Below, one piece after another: positions 24,701 to 37,175 of a stretch of DNA of 64,000 nucleotides (position 1 is its first letter; each line of letters begins with the position of its first letter). Made by a program: the position numbers and the translations under genes. Under the pieces are notes generated by a model. It was given only the letters and a program-made list of their open reading frames with translations. It did no database searches and was not told the DNA's origin. Source of the stretch: Cenococcum geophilum (Eukaryota); the NCBI GenBank assembly GCA_050273025.1, contig CP158635.1, positions 27,776,001-27,840,000 on the forward strand, read 5' to 3'.

Positions 24701-25480
24701 TAAACGGAAAGATTAAATTAGACACTAGAGCAGTATCTAAAACATTATATTAATTACGCACAGAATAATTGGGTATTATTATTACTAGTTATATAGTTTA
24801 TATATAATACAACACTATAAGAAGGAATGGGTACGTTACTATTTAAGGCGAATTATAGATATAAGCCAAAAATATTGCTATCGCTACGTTAAGTAAAGAA
24901 GACAAGTAGTATAGCTAAGTAAAGGATAGAGATATTAATAAATCTTTATAAGAACCTTACGGAAATAGCTAAGGTAGTATAGTAAAGAATAAAGAAATAC
25001 TATAATGCTAAGAGATCTAAGGGACCAGATCTTAAGGAGGGAGATAAAGTATGGCTACTATACAAAATTTTTAAAAGTTAATAACTAAGCAAGAAGTTAG
25101 ACCACGTTAGGCTAGGACCTTTTAAAATTAGTTAGAGGATTTTACCAGTTATATTTAAGTTAAACCTACCAGCTAAAATAAAGATCTACCCTATATAGCA
25201 TATTATAATGCTAGAGCCAGTATATAGAAAAGTTAAGCCACTAGTTTATAAAGCAGACACATATAGAGGATAAGAAGAAGACAAATAGCAAGTTTTAAGG
25301 ATTATTAGTTATAAGGACGTTAACAATAAAACATAGTATAAGGTTAAGTAGATAGGCTATAATAAGACTACCTAAGAACTATTAGAGAATTTAAAAAACG
25401 CTATAGGAAAGGTATAGGAGTATTAGAAGAGAACAGGTTAGGTAATATTAAAGAAGGATTACCAAAAAACAAGTCACCTA
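18727..25480 (+). pseudogene. gag-pol relic of E
   Basis: ATG at 18727, knuckle (C)..CGK.G(H)FARD(C) ~19731-19775, protease IDSGA ~21857, RT VYL(DD)IIIY ~22815, RNase H ~23260, integrase ~23860-24800, chromodomain ~25285-25430. Confidence 0.9.
23905..24222. mobile_element. 318-bp solo LTR in the integrase of E
   Basis: tgtaa...ttaca termini, TSD TACGG; absent from C (~13060-13075) and H (~38420-38432). Confidence 0.93.
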
Positions 25481-26049
25481 AGGGGGACCCAGGAAGAGCG
25501 ATTGCCGAGCTACTTAGAATTGTTTCCTTCGCTATTAGAAGAAAATCCGTTCTTTTATTGCCAAGTTCCAATAGACCTTATTCTATAAGTTTCCACTCCT
25601 TAGAACAAACCTTTTTACGAACTTTCTTAAGATAAAGGAGACGAGTAGACACAACAATACGGGCCTTTAGAGCCTTCTGCTCCACATCCCAAAAACGTTT
25701 TAACTTAGTAAGGGCTTAAGTCAGCTCACTATTAAGATAAGCAGCGGCAGATTAAATATAAGACCTTATAACAAATTACTTAGGGAACTTAACGACTATT
25801 AAGAGTTATAGGACGCGCATACTTAGCGTTAAAGGAAGAGCGAACGTTATAGGACAAATAAATATTCGCTTTAGTGCACTCTAAGTAAGAGAAAGGTTAC
25901 CGAGATAAAGGACTCGCTAATATAATATAAACTAACCCCTCTTTTAAATAACGGGAACATAAAGATAGCATAATTTTACCTAGTAATAGTATTACAGCAA
26001 CAGTACGGGCGCGTCGTTGCGCGTATAAAGAAGAAAAGGCTTTAGGTAT
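25470..26049 (-). pseudogene. Antisense six-Cys plus coiled-coil ORF relic of E
   Basis: Homologous to 11236-11815; keeps TGT at Cys1 and TGC at Cys5. Confidence 0.6.
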
Positions 26050-26157
26050 TATAAGTAACGATATTAACCAAATTAATTAGATAGATATTATACCTTTAGT
26101 AAATAACTTAAAGATGCTTAGAATCTTTAAGGATAAAAATAGAAAGGAGGGAGATAG

Positions 26158-26577
26158 TATTACGGACGCTTTAAGTATAATATTATAACTACTTAGAGAG
26201 GAGTTAGAAGAAGCTAGTTAGTTAATATAAGTATAGTCTAGGATAAAACCGGTAGAACTATATAACGAGGAATAGTAGTATAAGTTATATAATATGCTAC
26301 GTAAGGAACGTAGAGAACGGACAGAACGTACGTACCTTATATACCTTACGTACATTACGTATAAGAAGGATTTTATAGGAGTACGGTCGTGTATTTAAAG
26401 AACCTCAGTCCCTACCTAGATAGTTCTTTCCTTATAGTAATTCTCAGAATATAATTAGAGTTAATCTATTAGGCAACCACTCCACCAGTTATTATTACGT
26501 TGTTGACTTTACGCATTACCTACACACCTAGCCCAATAACGAGCCCATCGTAGTACTTACTACAAGGTTCCGTTACA
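26158..26577 (+). repeat. 3' LTR of E
   Basis: Follows the PPT; matches 18269-18688. Confidence 0.95.
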
Positions 26578-28221
26578 TATAGGTCCTTAAGCTTACCTTA
26601 TCTTATCCTAAAAATCTTAGTTATCTCTTATTTCGTCTTAAGAATCTTAAGCCTTTAGCCTTTTACCTTTATTAAGTGCCGAAGTAGCTTACTGTCCTAC
26701 TTCTCTTATATCTTGCGAAGCAATAGACATTATATCTAGTGGGGTCTTAATCCCTACTAATATTCCCTATTTTATAGTAGAATTATCCTCTACCTCTAGT
26801 ATAACATCTTTAAGGTTTACGTACTCCTAGTAAGCCGCCTTTATCGCCTTATTATTATAAAATATTTCGCCTATATTAAATTTATTATCCTTAATATCTA
26901 ATCTACGAACTAGTTTATTAGTTCCTTTATATTCCGCTAAATATAGCTCTTATAGCTAATAGCTTACGCTATACTTAGCGTCCTTATAAATTTAGTATAC
27001 GTTATTATAACAAAACGCAAAACTTTTAATTAAACATTCTTTTGTTCCTCGTAGTATATTATTATCCCTCTATACATATATATTATCTACTAGTCTTATT
27101 CCTTTTACTATATAGTAACTCTAACTACTTCTATAGTCTTTAATATAGTAACCTTATTTTCCGCAATTTATGTAAGCTCCTTTTTTAAACTATTTTTCTT
27201 ATTATAGAGTCCGCCTAAATATCTTCTGCTACTAAAATCCCTAATTCAGCCTTTACTCCTTAGACCTTTAATTACTTAATCCTTATCCTCTAGGTTTCTA
27301 TAGTCGTTCTTTAAACTATTTCTTTTCTTTAGTACTACTTAGGTCCATTAACTCTGCGCCATACTATAGTTTTTAACTTAGCTTTAGTTATTACGTACTC
27401 TACGCCTTATATAACTATAGAACTCTATTCTAACCTTTCTTAGCCTATTCCCTTTAGCAGATCCAATTATTAATCTTAATTACTTAATCTATTAGTTCCC
27501 TTAGGGTATCTATATCTTCTATTAGGATAATTATATCCTAAACTTTAGCCTTAAGTCCTTACTTATACTATACCATAAGCGCCTTATTATTCCACTCTAC
27601 TTACGTTACTAACGTCTAGAACTGCGTTATATATTTAATTGCTAAGGTCCGTTATATAATATCCTAGAGTTTTCTTTCCGCTATAGTTACTGCCTCTAGG
27701 TCTCTAAACATTTATATAAGTTACTCTATAAACCCTTTCTAGCTTATAAATATAAACCATACTTTTTAATTAGTGGTTATTATTCTATTCGCTTATATCT
27801 TTATAAGGTAAAGCTTAAACTACTTAAGTACTCTTCCTAATAGGAATAGTCCCGTATACGCTATTTAATCTATAAATATTAGCAGCTTTACCCCTTCTTA
27901 CGTAACCTTAAAGTGCATTTAGGTAAGAAACCCCTTAAGCTTTAATTTTTCTCCTAAGTACCTTTTAATTAATAGTAACTTAATCTTTACTACTCCAATC
28001 CCATTAATCCTATTTTCTAATATTATATTATTTTCTATTAGCTAGTTAACTATCTCTTATAGTTATCTAACTGTTATAGGTTACTATAAGTTAGTGTCTA
28101 CTATACTAGTATTATTACCTAACCTTAAAGTAGTTACCGCCGTTAATAGCGTTATGGCTGATGCTTTTAGTGGCATATTATTTAACTTTTTATATTTAAT
28201 ACTATAACTAGGTAGTAATTA

Positions 28222-28645
28222 TGTAACGGAACCTTATAGTAAGTACTATAATGGGCTTGTTAATAGGCTAGGTATATAGGTAATACAAATTAAAGTTAAT
28301 AACATAATAATAACTGGTAGAGTAGTTACTTAATAAATTAACTCTAATTATATTCTAAGAATTACTACAAAGGAGAAAACTATCTAGGTAGGGACTATGG
28401 TCCTTTAAATACACAAGCATACTCCTAAGAAATCCCCTTTATATATAAGATACGTATTATACATATTATACGTACGTTCCCTTTATATACTGCGTATATT
28501 ATATACAACGTTATATAACCTTAGTTACCATTCTTCGTCATATAGCTCTATCGGCTCCATTTTAGACCGTGCCTAAATTAACTAACTAGCTTCTTCTAAC
28601 TCTTTCCTAAGTAGTTATAATATCGTACTTAAAGCGTCTGTAATA
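28222..28645 (-). repeat. 5' LTR of C
   Basis: Matches 10453-11127; followed by TSD CTTAT. Confidence 0.94.
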
Positions 28646-28650
28646 CTTAT

Positions 28651-31600
28651 CCTTATATTTTTCTGGTAGCTTATTATCTTTATTATACTAGCATTTTATC
28701 TACTTGTTTAGGTACTTTAGCGGTCTAGGTTTATTAGGGTAATAGCTATAGAACTTTTAGAGCTTATAGGGACTACCTATAAAGTTCTATATAGGGTACT
28801 AAGTAGGGTCTAGGGTATATCCTTTCCAACTAATATAATACTTTAATATTCCCTTTATAAGTTTATAGGCTAGCATTTCTTTAATTTCCTATTTATTATC
28901 GCCATTAACTTAAATTAGCAGGGGAGGTTTATTCTTTTATCTGGGCAATAGGTTATTTATAGCTTTCTATAGCTTATCCGGTAAGAAAATAGGGTAAACT
29001 TTAATTAAGTCTAGGAGCTTAACCTTATACGAGTTGCCTACTTTATTAAGAATCTTATATAGTCCTACTATCTCATAGTCTAGCTTATAACTAGGCCATT
29101 CTATTTTCTAGTTCTTTATTATAACCTAGACTATATTACCTATAGTAAAGTTAGGCTTACGCCTATACTTATTTACCTACTATTTTATTAATTTCTAGGC
29201 CTTTTCTAGGTTTATATAGGCTACTTTTTAGACTTCTTCTAAGCGCTTAGCGTACTACTAGGCTTCCTTATAAGATAGTTTTTCGCGTATAGTCTAAGGC
29301 CCTTTTAGTCTTTCCCAGTTAAAGCTTATATGGGGTAAGTAACCCATTTCTAGTTAAATAGGGGCAAATCCGGTAGAGTTATAGGGTAGGGTCGCTTAGG
29401 CGTAGTCTATTAAGGGTAATAGTTCGGCCCAGTTATCCTAGAAGTAGTTAATAAAAGGCTAAAGTCTCTAGTCCAAGTATTAATTTATAATCTCCGTTTA
29501 ACCGTCTATCTGGGGGTAATATACTATAGAAAGCTTTAACTTAATACCTAAGATCTAGGTAAACTTATTCTAAAAGGCTAATATAAACTACGGCCCGCAG
29601 TCGGATATAATAGTGTCTAGTAGTCTATAAATTTGGTAGACGTAGTAGATATACAGTTAGGCTGCCTCTTTAGTATTAATATTCTTATAACAGGGAATTA
29701 AAAACGGGCGCTTGCTAAAGCGGTCAACCAAAATCATAACCATATTATATCCGTCACGGTCTAGAGGTAGCTTATAAAAGTCTATAAAGATATATTACTA
29801 GGGGCAGTCGGGTATTAAGAGGGGTTTTAATAGTCCTAGGGTCTTATCTTGTAGAATTATAGATCTATAGCAGTTATTATAGTTCCGTATATAGCGGTTA
29901 ATATTTATAATCATTCCGGGCTAGTAGTAGCGGTTGCTAATAATCCTATAGGTCTTATTTTTTTCTGGGGTAGGCTATAGAGACCTAGTTATATACTTTG
30001 GCAATAAGCTAAGTCCATAAGTTCTATTCCTCTACTACCACTAACCATTTATAGTGCTTAAGTAGTCCACTTTTAAGGGATTATAGGCTAGAAACGTTCT
30101 TTACCTTTTTACAGTACTTTTATAGAGAAGGGGCCGTACGGTTTACCTACAGCAGTTTATTAATAAGGTTTAGTTCTATAAAGTTAATAGGGCATATTTT
30201 AGCATATAAAGAGTCTATATTTAGTTCTGCCTATATTTAAGAGTTAAGGTACTCTAGTTATAGTAGCGCTTAAGTCTATAATGAGATCTTTACAGCTATT
30301 TAGTTATTTATATCCTATTTACACCTTATAAGAGCGTCTACACGGTTGGTGGCGCTTAGCCTATATATAATTAAAAAGTCAAACTAAGATAGGGTATCTG
30401 CCTAGCGCGCCTATCGGGCTATAAGGGCCTTTATTATTATAAAATATTCTAAGGCCTTATAATTAAAAACTACCTAAATAGACTTGGGGGTGCCTTTTAG
30501 TTAGGCTCGCCAGTGCTAAATGCTAGAGATAATAGCTAGCATTTCTTTATCGTAAATTAGGTAGTTTAGCTTAGCATTTACTATAGTCTTTAAATAGTAA
30601 GCAATAGGGTACTATTCTCCGTTTATCTACTTTTAGAAGTAAACGCCAGCTATAACACTATCTAAGGCATCGGTTTCTAGCATTAAGGGCCATTCTAGGT
30701 TAAAGTAGGTGAGTAAGGGAGTAGAGACCAGTCGTTTCTTAAGCTTATTAAAGACCTGCCTATATACGGTATTAAAGTAAAAGGGCCGGTCCTTATAGGT
30801 AAGTAGGCTTAGTAGCCGGGTAATCCTACTATAGTTCTTAATAAAGCATTAGTAGAAGTTATAGAACCCTAGGAATAACTATACCCCCTTTACGGTCCTT
30901 AGGGGTACCTATTAGTTAATTATAGCTGTCTTTTTTAGGTCTGCCTTAATCCCATTTATACTAATAATAAACCCTAAGTACTTTATACGCTTAATACTAA
31001 ATTCTAACTTTTTAATATTAGCTTAGAGGCCAGCTTCCTAAAGCCGTTATAGGATTTTATAGACATACTCTTCATATTCTAGTTCGTTTTTAGAGTAGAT
31101 TATAATATTATCCAGGTATACTATATAGAAGTTATTAAGATCGTTAAATAGTACGTTATTTATATATTGTTAGTATATAGCCAATCCGTTAGTTAGTCTA
31201 AAAGGCAGTACTTTATATTTATACGTTCTGCAATAGGTCTAAAATATAATAAAGTCTTTTAATTTAGGGTCTATTCTAATTTAGTAAAAAGCCTAGCGGA
31301 TATTAAGCTTCGTAAAGATCTTAGCTCTACTTATTTAGGCCAAAATCTTATTAAGTAAAAGCAGTAGGTAGCGGTCTTTAAGGGTTAAATTATTAAGCTT
31401 ATAGTAGTTAATACAGAAACAAAGTTCTTTATTTGGTTTTTTAGTAAAAAGAATAAGTAAGTTAAAAGGGGCTTAACTAGGCTTAATAAAGCCCTTATCC
31501 AGGTTATTAATAAGATACTACTTTATGGCCTATAATTTAGCAGTAGATTACTATTAGAGGGGGCTATAGCTAAGGGTAACCACCTTATCCGGCTTAATTT

Positions 31601-33823
31601 TAATCTTATAGTTGTACGGTTAGTAAGGCAGGAGTATATTAGACGCTGCTTTGGAGAAAGTATTTTTAAATTTCTAGTATTAATAAGGCAGTTTTTATTC
31701 TACTAGCTCCTTATCTATAAGCTTGCCTTTCTCTTAGGCTAGGGTTTCTTTCTCTTTAATTATTTAATTAATTTTATATAAGCTAGTTATAAAGGTAACG
31801 GTATTAGGCTAAACTAGGTTTTAGTAGAATCCTATAGCGCTAATATAGCAGATATTAACTAGCGGGAGGTCTATAGGTTTCTTTACAGATATTTATTGGG
31901 CCGTATTTTGCGGTATAGGGTTTATAGTCTTCCTTAGCTTATATTCTATTTTCCATAAGTTATCCTTCTAGTTTATTAGTTTGGTATATTATCCAATATC
32001 CTTAGCCTTTTTTTATAGCTGCGTAGGGCCTAAGTTCTCCATTAGGGACTTAGCTAGGCCACTACTAACTTCCTAAGTCTCTAGTGCGGGTGGTATAACA
32101 TAGGTAGTTTAGGGGCGGCGTAGTATACAGATCCGTTATGGATTAAGCTATATATCCTTCTTAAAAGCCTAGTCCCTACGCGTTGCATTAGCTTAGTAAA
32201 CGGTGTTTATCTACGGCCGTATAAGGTTTTCTATTATAATACTAATCTCTTTTATAAAGGAAGGCGTTAGGGGTATAGTTTTAGGCCAGATAAGCTACCT
32301 ATTCCGTATGTTAAGCTATAAGCCTAAATAAGCTAGCTATTTTCTCCTTAAGATTATATTATATCTTTTAAGGTCTGTAATAAGGAAGGGGATATTATAC
32401 TACCTTTATCCGTTAACGCGGAGGTAGATCTGTAAGATAGTTATAATAGGTAGTTTTATCTATCCGTTATAACCACAAATAGGAACTAGTTTAGGCAGTT
32501 CTTTAAGGGGTATATTTAAAAAGTCAGCCAGTTTTATAGCGCACTTTATATTAATTAAGGTAAAGGCATTTACTCCTAAGTTAGCTAAAGCAGAGGTTAA
32601 AACTTAATATCTATTACAAAATAAAGTATAAGGGATAGTGTAGCTTCTTCTACTAACTAGCCAACCTAGATTAATATATAACATATTAATCCCTTTTAAC
32701 CCTAAAGAGAAGTCTTCCTCTAGGGTTCCTCTTTTTCCGGCTCTATATTATCCTCCTAAATTAACAGGACCTCGTTTATCTTTACCTTTATTAGGTAGTT
32801 CCTTATAGGGTAGCCTATTTAACCACATAAAAAGCAAGCTCCTTAATCGCTAAGGGCCTATATATAGGGGTCGCTATATATAGGCCGGGTGTACACTAGG
32901 CCCGCAGTAGGGGTAGTTATACGGCTAGCTACTAGGTTAACTATAGAAGTTGCTAATTATACTAGGGCACTATAGGCTATATTTACAGTACTTACGGCCT
33001 AGTTTATAAGGTTTCTAGTTTTTAGCCAGTTAGCGCGTACCTTAATTTAACAGAGGCCTTGGTTAATAGCTAGGCAATAATCCATAAGTTCCTTTAACGT
33101 CTATACTATAGTATAAGCTAGTAATACGGCCCGCTATAGGTCTAGGGTAAGCTTATTAAAGAGGTCTAGTAATAGGTCTTCCTATTAGATCTAGGCCTAT
33201 CTGGCTAAGTATAGAAAGCGGGTTTAAAAGGCCGAAAAAGTCTCTATTATTTTCATATTTAGGCTTTTATAGCTAAGGCGGGCGTTTTATACTTTAAAAG
33301 GGTCTTTATAAATAAAAGATAAGTATTTAATTATTTCTTCTTTAAAGATAAATGGGTTTACTAAGTCTTTAGTATATTACGGGCGTAAATGCGTCTAAGT
33401 GTCTCTACCAGTACGGCCAAAAACATAGGCCATTCTAGCTTAGGCGTTAGGGAAGTAGTCTATATTAACTTTAAGCTTATCCCATAATTAAAGCTTCTAA
33501 TTATTAAATATAGGGTCGGTTCCGTCTGTAAGTAGCGGGGGATCCATAACCTTTACTAACTGCTTCGGTGCTATATAGGCCTTAGTAAATCCACTAAGGC
33601 GCTAAAATAGGGCCTAAAGGACTATATTAAGTCTTTAGTTATCTAATAATAACTCATTATTATATATAGGGGTATCTCTAGCTTTAAGCAGCTCTCGCAG
33701 TCGTTTAATTTCGGCATTAGCAGCCGTAAGCTCCGCCTAGGGGGTTAAAACGTTAATTATTTCTTTATCTAAAGTATTTAAGGGTCCTACAGCTGCTTTA
33801 CCTACTGCTGTAGTTCGTGGCAT
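28651..33823 (-). pseudogene. gag-pol relic of B
   Basis: ATG at 33823, protease ~32580, RT YLD(D)IIIYS ~31100-31120, RNase H ETDA ~30670, integrase ~29400-30000, chromodomain (W)EI(E)E.LA.KL..G.LKY..SWKGY..DPT(W)YP ~28795-28895. Confidence 0.9.
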
Positions 33824-34031
33824 AGTAGTAGGGGTGTTAGGTAATTCTAGGTAATTTCTTTAAGGGTTCTAGTCTATGCGTATCTTATAGGTCCTTTCCT
33901 TAGGGTTCTATTCTTTTCTTTTAGGTCCTGTCCTTATAGTCCTATTAATGTCCTTAGGGTTCTATTCTGTGTTCTTATAGATATATTTAAGTTCCTTCTC
34001 AAGAAGAAAGAGTAGAGTAAGCTTTAGATAA

Positions 34032-34278
34032 TATTAGCGACTTAGTCAATTAAGATATAAGTACGGCAAAAGGGTCGCGCAAGCCTATATAATTGGATTG
34101 TCTATAAACAAGAATCTAAAGCTAGGGAAAGGAAAAGAGAAGAAGAGTAACGCCGTTTAGTGTTTTATAAGATCTTTACGTTATATAATCGCAATATGCG
34201 GCAATCTGTAGCAATCTATAGCAACTTACTGGTGTAAAGTTCTACCAAGTTCTGCCAAGTTCTGCTAGTGCCGTAACA
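34032..34278 (-). repeat. 5' LTR of B
   Basis: Matches 10047-10293. Confidence 0.94.
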
Positions 34279-34283
34279 GTAAT

Positions 34284-35517
34284 TATAGGTTAGGTATATT
34301 ACCTAGTGCGCTTCCACTATACTCCCTATTGTAATTAGGCGTAGTATAGTTTATAGCTAACGCTTTAGTAAAGGCCTTTAGAGGTAGCTGCTGCCCTTAA
34401 GGTAAGCCGAATTTTATACCTAAGTTAATTGTCCCTATATAGTAGGCGAGCATCTACATTACGGCGTCTATATATAGTTTGGTAGGGTTATATAGGAACT
34501 AATAAAGCTTTTCTATAGCCTAGGCTATATTAGGCCGAGTCTAATTATATAGATAAAGTAGAGAGCCTATTAGTAATTAATACCGTTTTTACTAGCTCTA
34601 ATAGAGCTTAATCCTCAGGTTTATATAGCTTAAAGTCTATTATAGATAGGTAAATTAGTATAGAAGCCAGTATATAGTCTTCTATATAAAATATATATAG
34701 GATCTTCCTAATATAGGCGTCTTATACTAGTCGAATTAATCGCGCCTAGCGGTTCCTTATAATTTAAATACCTAAGTAGTATATAATTAGGCCTAAGTCT
34801 CTTACTTTATACTTATTCCTAAGTGCTTCTTTAGGCAGTTTAATTATCTAAATATCCCGTCTAATTAAGATAAGATTATCAACATAGATAATAATAATTT
34901 GGCCGCTTTTCTGGCTAATAAAAACGCATAGGTCCGCTAGAATTGGCGTATATTTAAAGGTAATAAGGAAGCTCTTAAGCTCCTTATACTAAAGATATAG
35001 CGCCTACTTAAGACCGTAGAGAGCCTTAAGCAGTAGGCCTATAAGAGCAACGCCGTCCTTTTAATACTAGCGGTATCCTTCTGGTAGTTAAATATAGATA
35101 TTCTTATAGTTAAGCTTCCTATTAAGGAAGGCCGTAATTATATTTAAGTACTTATACTTTAGATTATATACAGCAACTAGGGCTATTAGTAGCTTAAATA
35201 TACTAGGTTAAATAATGCCTATAAATATATTGCTATAGTTAATTCCTAGGCGCTGCTTATTACCGCATAATACTAGTCTTACTTTCTATTTAAATAGGAC
35301 ATTATTCTTGTTAAATTTATATATAAAGACCCACTTAATAGGTAAAGCCTTGGCTCCAGGTAGAAGTTTAACAATTTTAAATAAGATATTAACTATTTAA
35401 GACTCTTATTTCTTATCTACCGCAGCCTTTTACTTCTTCTTAAATATTAAATTTATAGCTTTCTTCCAGTTCCGTAGCTCCAGAGGTAGTTCCTTAATTA
35501 TTCTTATCTACTAAGGC
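34284..35517 (-). pseudogene. Ty1/Copia element K, reverse-transcriptase region (upstream part missing)
   Basis: Minus-strand motifs include TAFLN ~35125-35140, LLKALYGLK(Q)A ~35005-35035 and IIIYVD(D)L ~34875-34897. Contiguous with 9432-10046 across the B TSD. Confidence 0.9.
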
Positions 35518-35542
35518 TGTTACGGCACTGATAGAAAACGGT

Positions 35543-35755
35543 TGTTATGGCTTATATAAATGCCTCTAAACTAAAGCTTATAGAATACTATATTACAAAG
35601 ATACTAAGCTAAGGAGAAGGGAAAAAAGGGGTCGCTAGAACCGATGTAAACAAATATATAGGGTAAGCCGCCAAGGCGCTAGCTCCAGGCAAGCTAATTA
35701 TAGGTCGGCAGAATATAGCAGAATTTAGCAGGTAACGTGCAATAGCGCCGTTACA
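35543..35755 (-). repeat. 3' LTR of F
   Basis: Direct repeat of 54101-54315. Confidence 0.92.
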
Positions 35756-36045
35756 TTACCCCCCTTTTTAAAAGAAAGCCTATCTTTAGGCTTAGTTAGA
35801 AATAGGGTAGTATTAGGCTTATAAATATAGGATTATAAAATATAAGATAAGGAGATAAAGGGGATATAAGTATATCCGGACTAAGTACAAAAGGTAATTA
35901 TAGGCTAAGTAGAAGCACTAGGCTAGAAAAAGTAACCGCTAAAAGTCTTAGCACGGATCTAACTAATTAGACAACTTTAACCGGCGGTTAAAGTTCCTAA
36001 ATATCTGAAAATTTTACGGCACTGTTAGAAAACGGTAGAATTTAG

Positions 36046-36470
36046 TGTAACGGAACCTTGTAGCAAGAACTACGGTAGGCTCGTTATTGGGCTAGGTGTA
36101 TAGGAAATGCAAGTACAAAAGTCGACAACGTAATAATAACTAGTGGAGTAGTTGCCTAATAGATTAACTCTAATTATATTCTAAGAATCACTATAAGGAA
36201 GAAACTATCTAAATAGGGACTAAGGGTCCTTAAATACACAACCATACTCCTATAAAAGTCGTTACTTTATTTACTTTATCTACTCTATTCACTCTATTAT
36301 AGATCTCACAGATTATATAAATTATATAAATTATATCACATAATCTTACTTACTATTCCTCGTTATATAGTTCTACGGGTTCTATCCTAAACTGTGCCTA
36401 TATTAACTAACTAGCTTCTTCTAACTCCTCTTTAAGTAGTTATAATATTATACTTAAAGCGTCCGTAATA
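36046..36470 (-). repeat. 3' LTR of H
   Basis: Matches 43757-44181. Confidence 0.94.
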
Positions 36471-36578
36471 CTATCTCCCTCCTCTTTATCTTCGTCCTTA
36501 AAGATTCTAAATATCTCTAAGTTGTTTACTAGAGGTATAATATCCGTCTAATTAATTTAGTTAATATTATTACTTATT

Positions 36579-37175
36579 ATACCTAAAGCGTCTTCTTTTT
36601 CTTTAACTCTTTATTATACGCGTACGGTCTTATCTATACTATCGCTTAGTAAGATAATACCATCTCTATATTCTCGCTATGTAAAAGAGGGGTTAGTTTA
36701 TATTACGTTAGCGAGTCCTTTATCTTAGCAACCCTCTTCTTATTTAGAGTGCACTAAAGTAAACATTTAATTGCTCTATAATATTTGTTTTATTTCTAAC
36801 GCTAAATATACACATTTTATTACTCTTAGTAGTTGTTAATTTCCCTAAGTAATTTATTATAGGGTTTTGTGTTTAATTAGCTGCTATAAAGCTTAATAAT
36901 AAACTATCTATCGCTCTGGCGGAACTTTATTATTCTTATAACGCTAAAAAGGAGGCTGCTAATGCTTAACAACGTGCTTTTAATTCCCGTCTTACTGCGT
37001 CCGCTTAGTTAATCCGTCTCAAAAAGGTATATAAAAAGGTTTATTTTAAGAAATAGAAACTTATAAAATAAGGTCTATAAAAACTTAGTAATAAGAAAAC
37101 CGACTCTCTCCCTATAAAGGAAATAACTCTAAATAGTTTAGCAGTCGCTCTTTCTAGGTCCCCCTTAGGTAACTT
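36579..37175 (+). pseudogene. Antisense six-Cys plus coiled-coil ORF relic of H
   Basis: Homologous to 11236-11815 (ataccta...tattctcgctat...gagtgcactaaag). Confidence 0.58.

Larger units (their letters stand above)
18269..26577 (+). mobile_element. Full-length Ty3/Gypsy chromovirus E (same family as C), inserted antisense into C
   Basis: 420-bp LTRs at 18269-18688 and 26158-26577, TSD TATAG, PPT agaaaggagggagatag at 26141-26157. Confidence 0.96.
10453..28645 (-). mobile_element. Ty3/Gypsy chromovirus C (family C/E/H), hosting a pogo-type MITE, retroposon D and copy E
   Basis: 424-bp LTRs at 10453-11127 (plus a 251-bp insert) and 28222-28645, TSD CTTAT (10448-10452, 28646-28650), PPT at 11128-11144, gag ATG at 28176. 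Confidence 0.95.
10047..34278 (-). mobile_element. Ty3/Gypsy chromovirus B (about 6 kb of own sequence) inserted in K and hosting C
   Basis: 247-bp LTRs at 10047-10293 and 34032-34278, TSD ataat/gtaat, PPT seen as a C-run at ~10297-10313. K coding sequence resumes at 34284. Confidence 0.94.

Noticed and set aside
33855..33970. Telomeric TTAGGG repeats
   Set aside because: Isolated, non-tandem copies within a small leader repeat of B; RIP readily creates TTAGGG.
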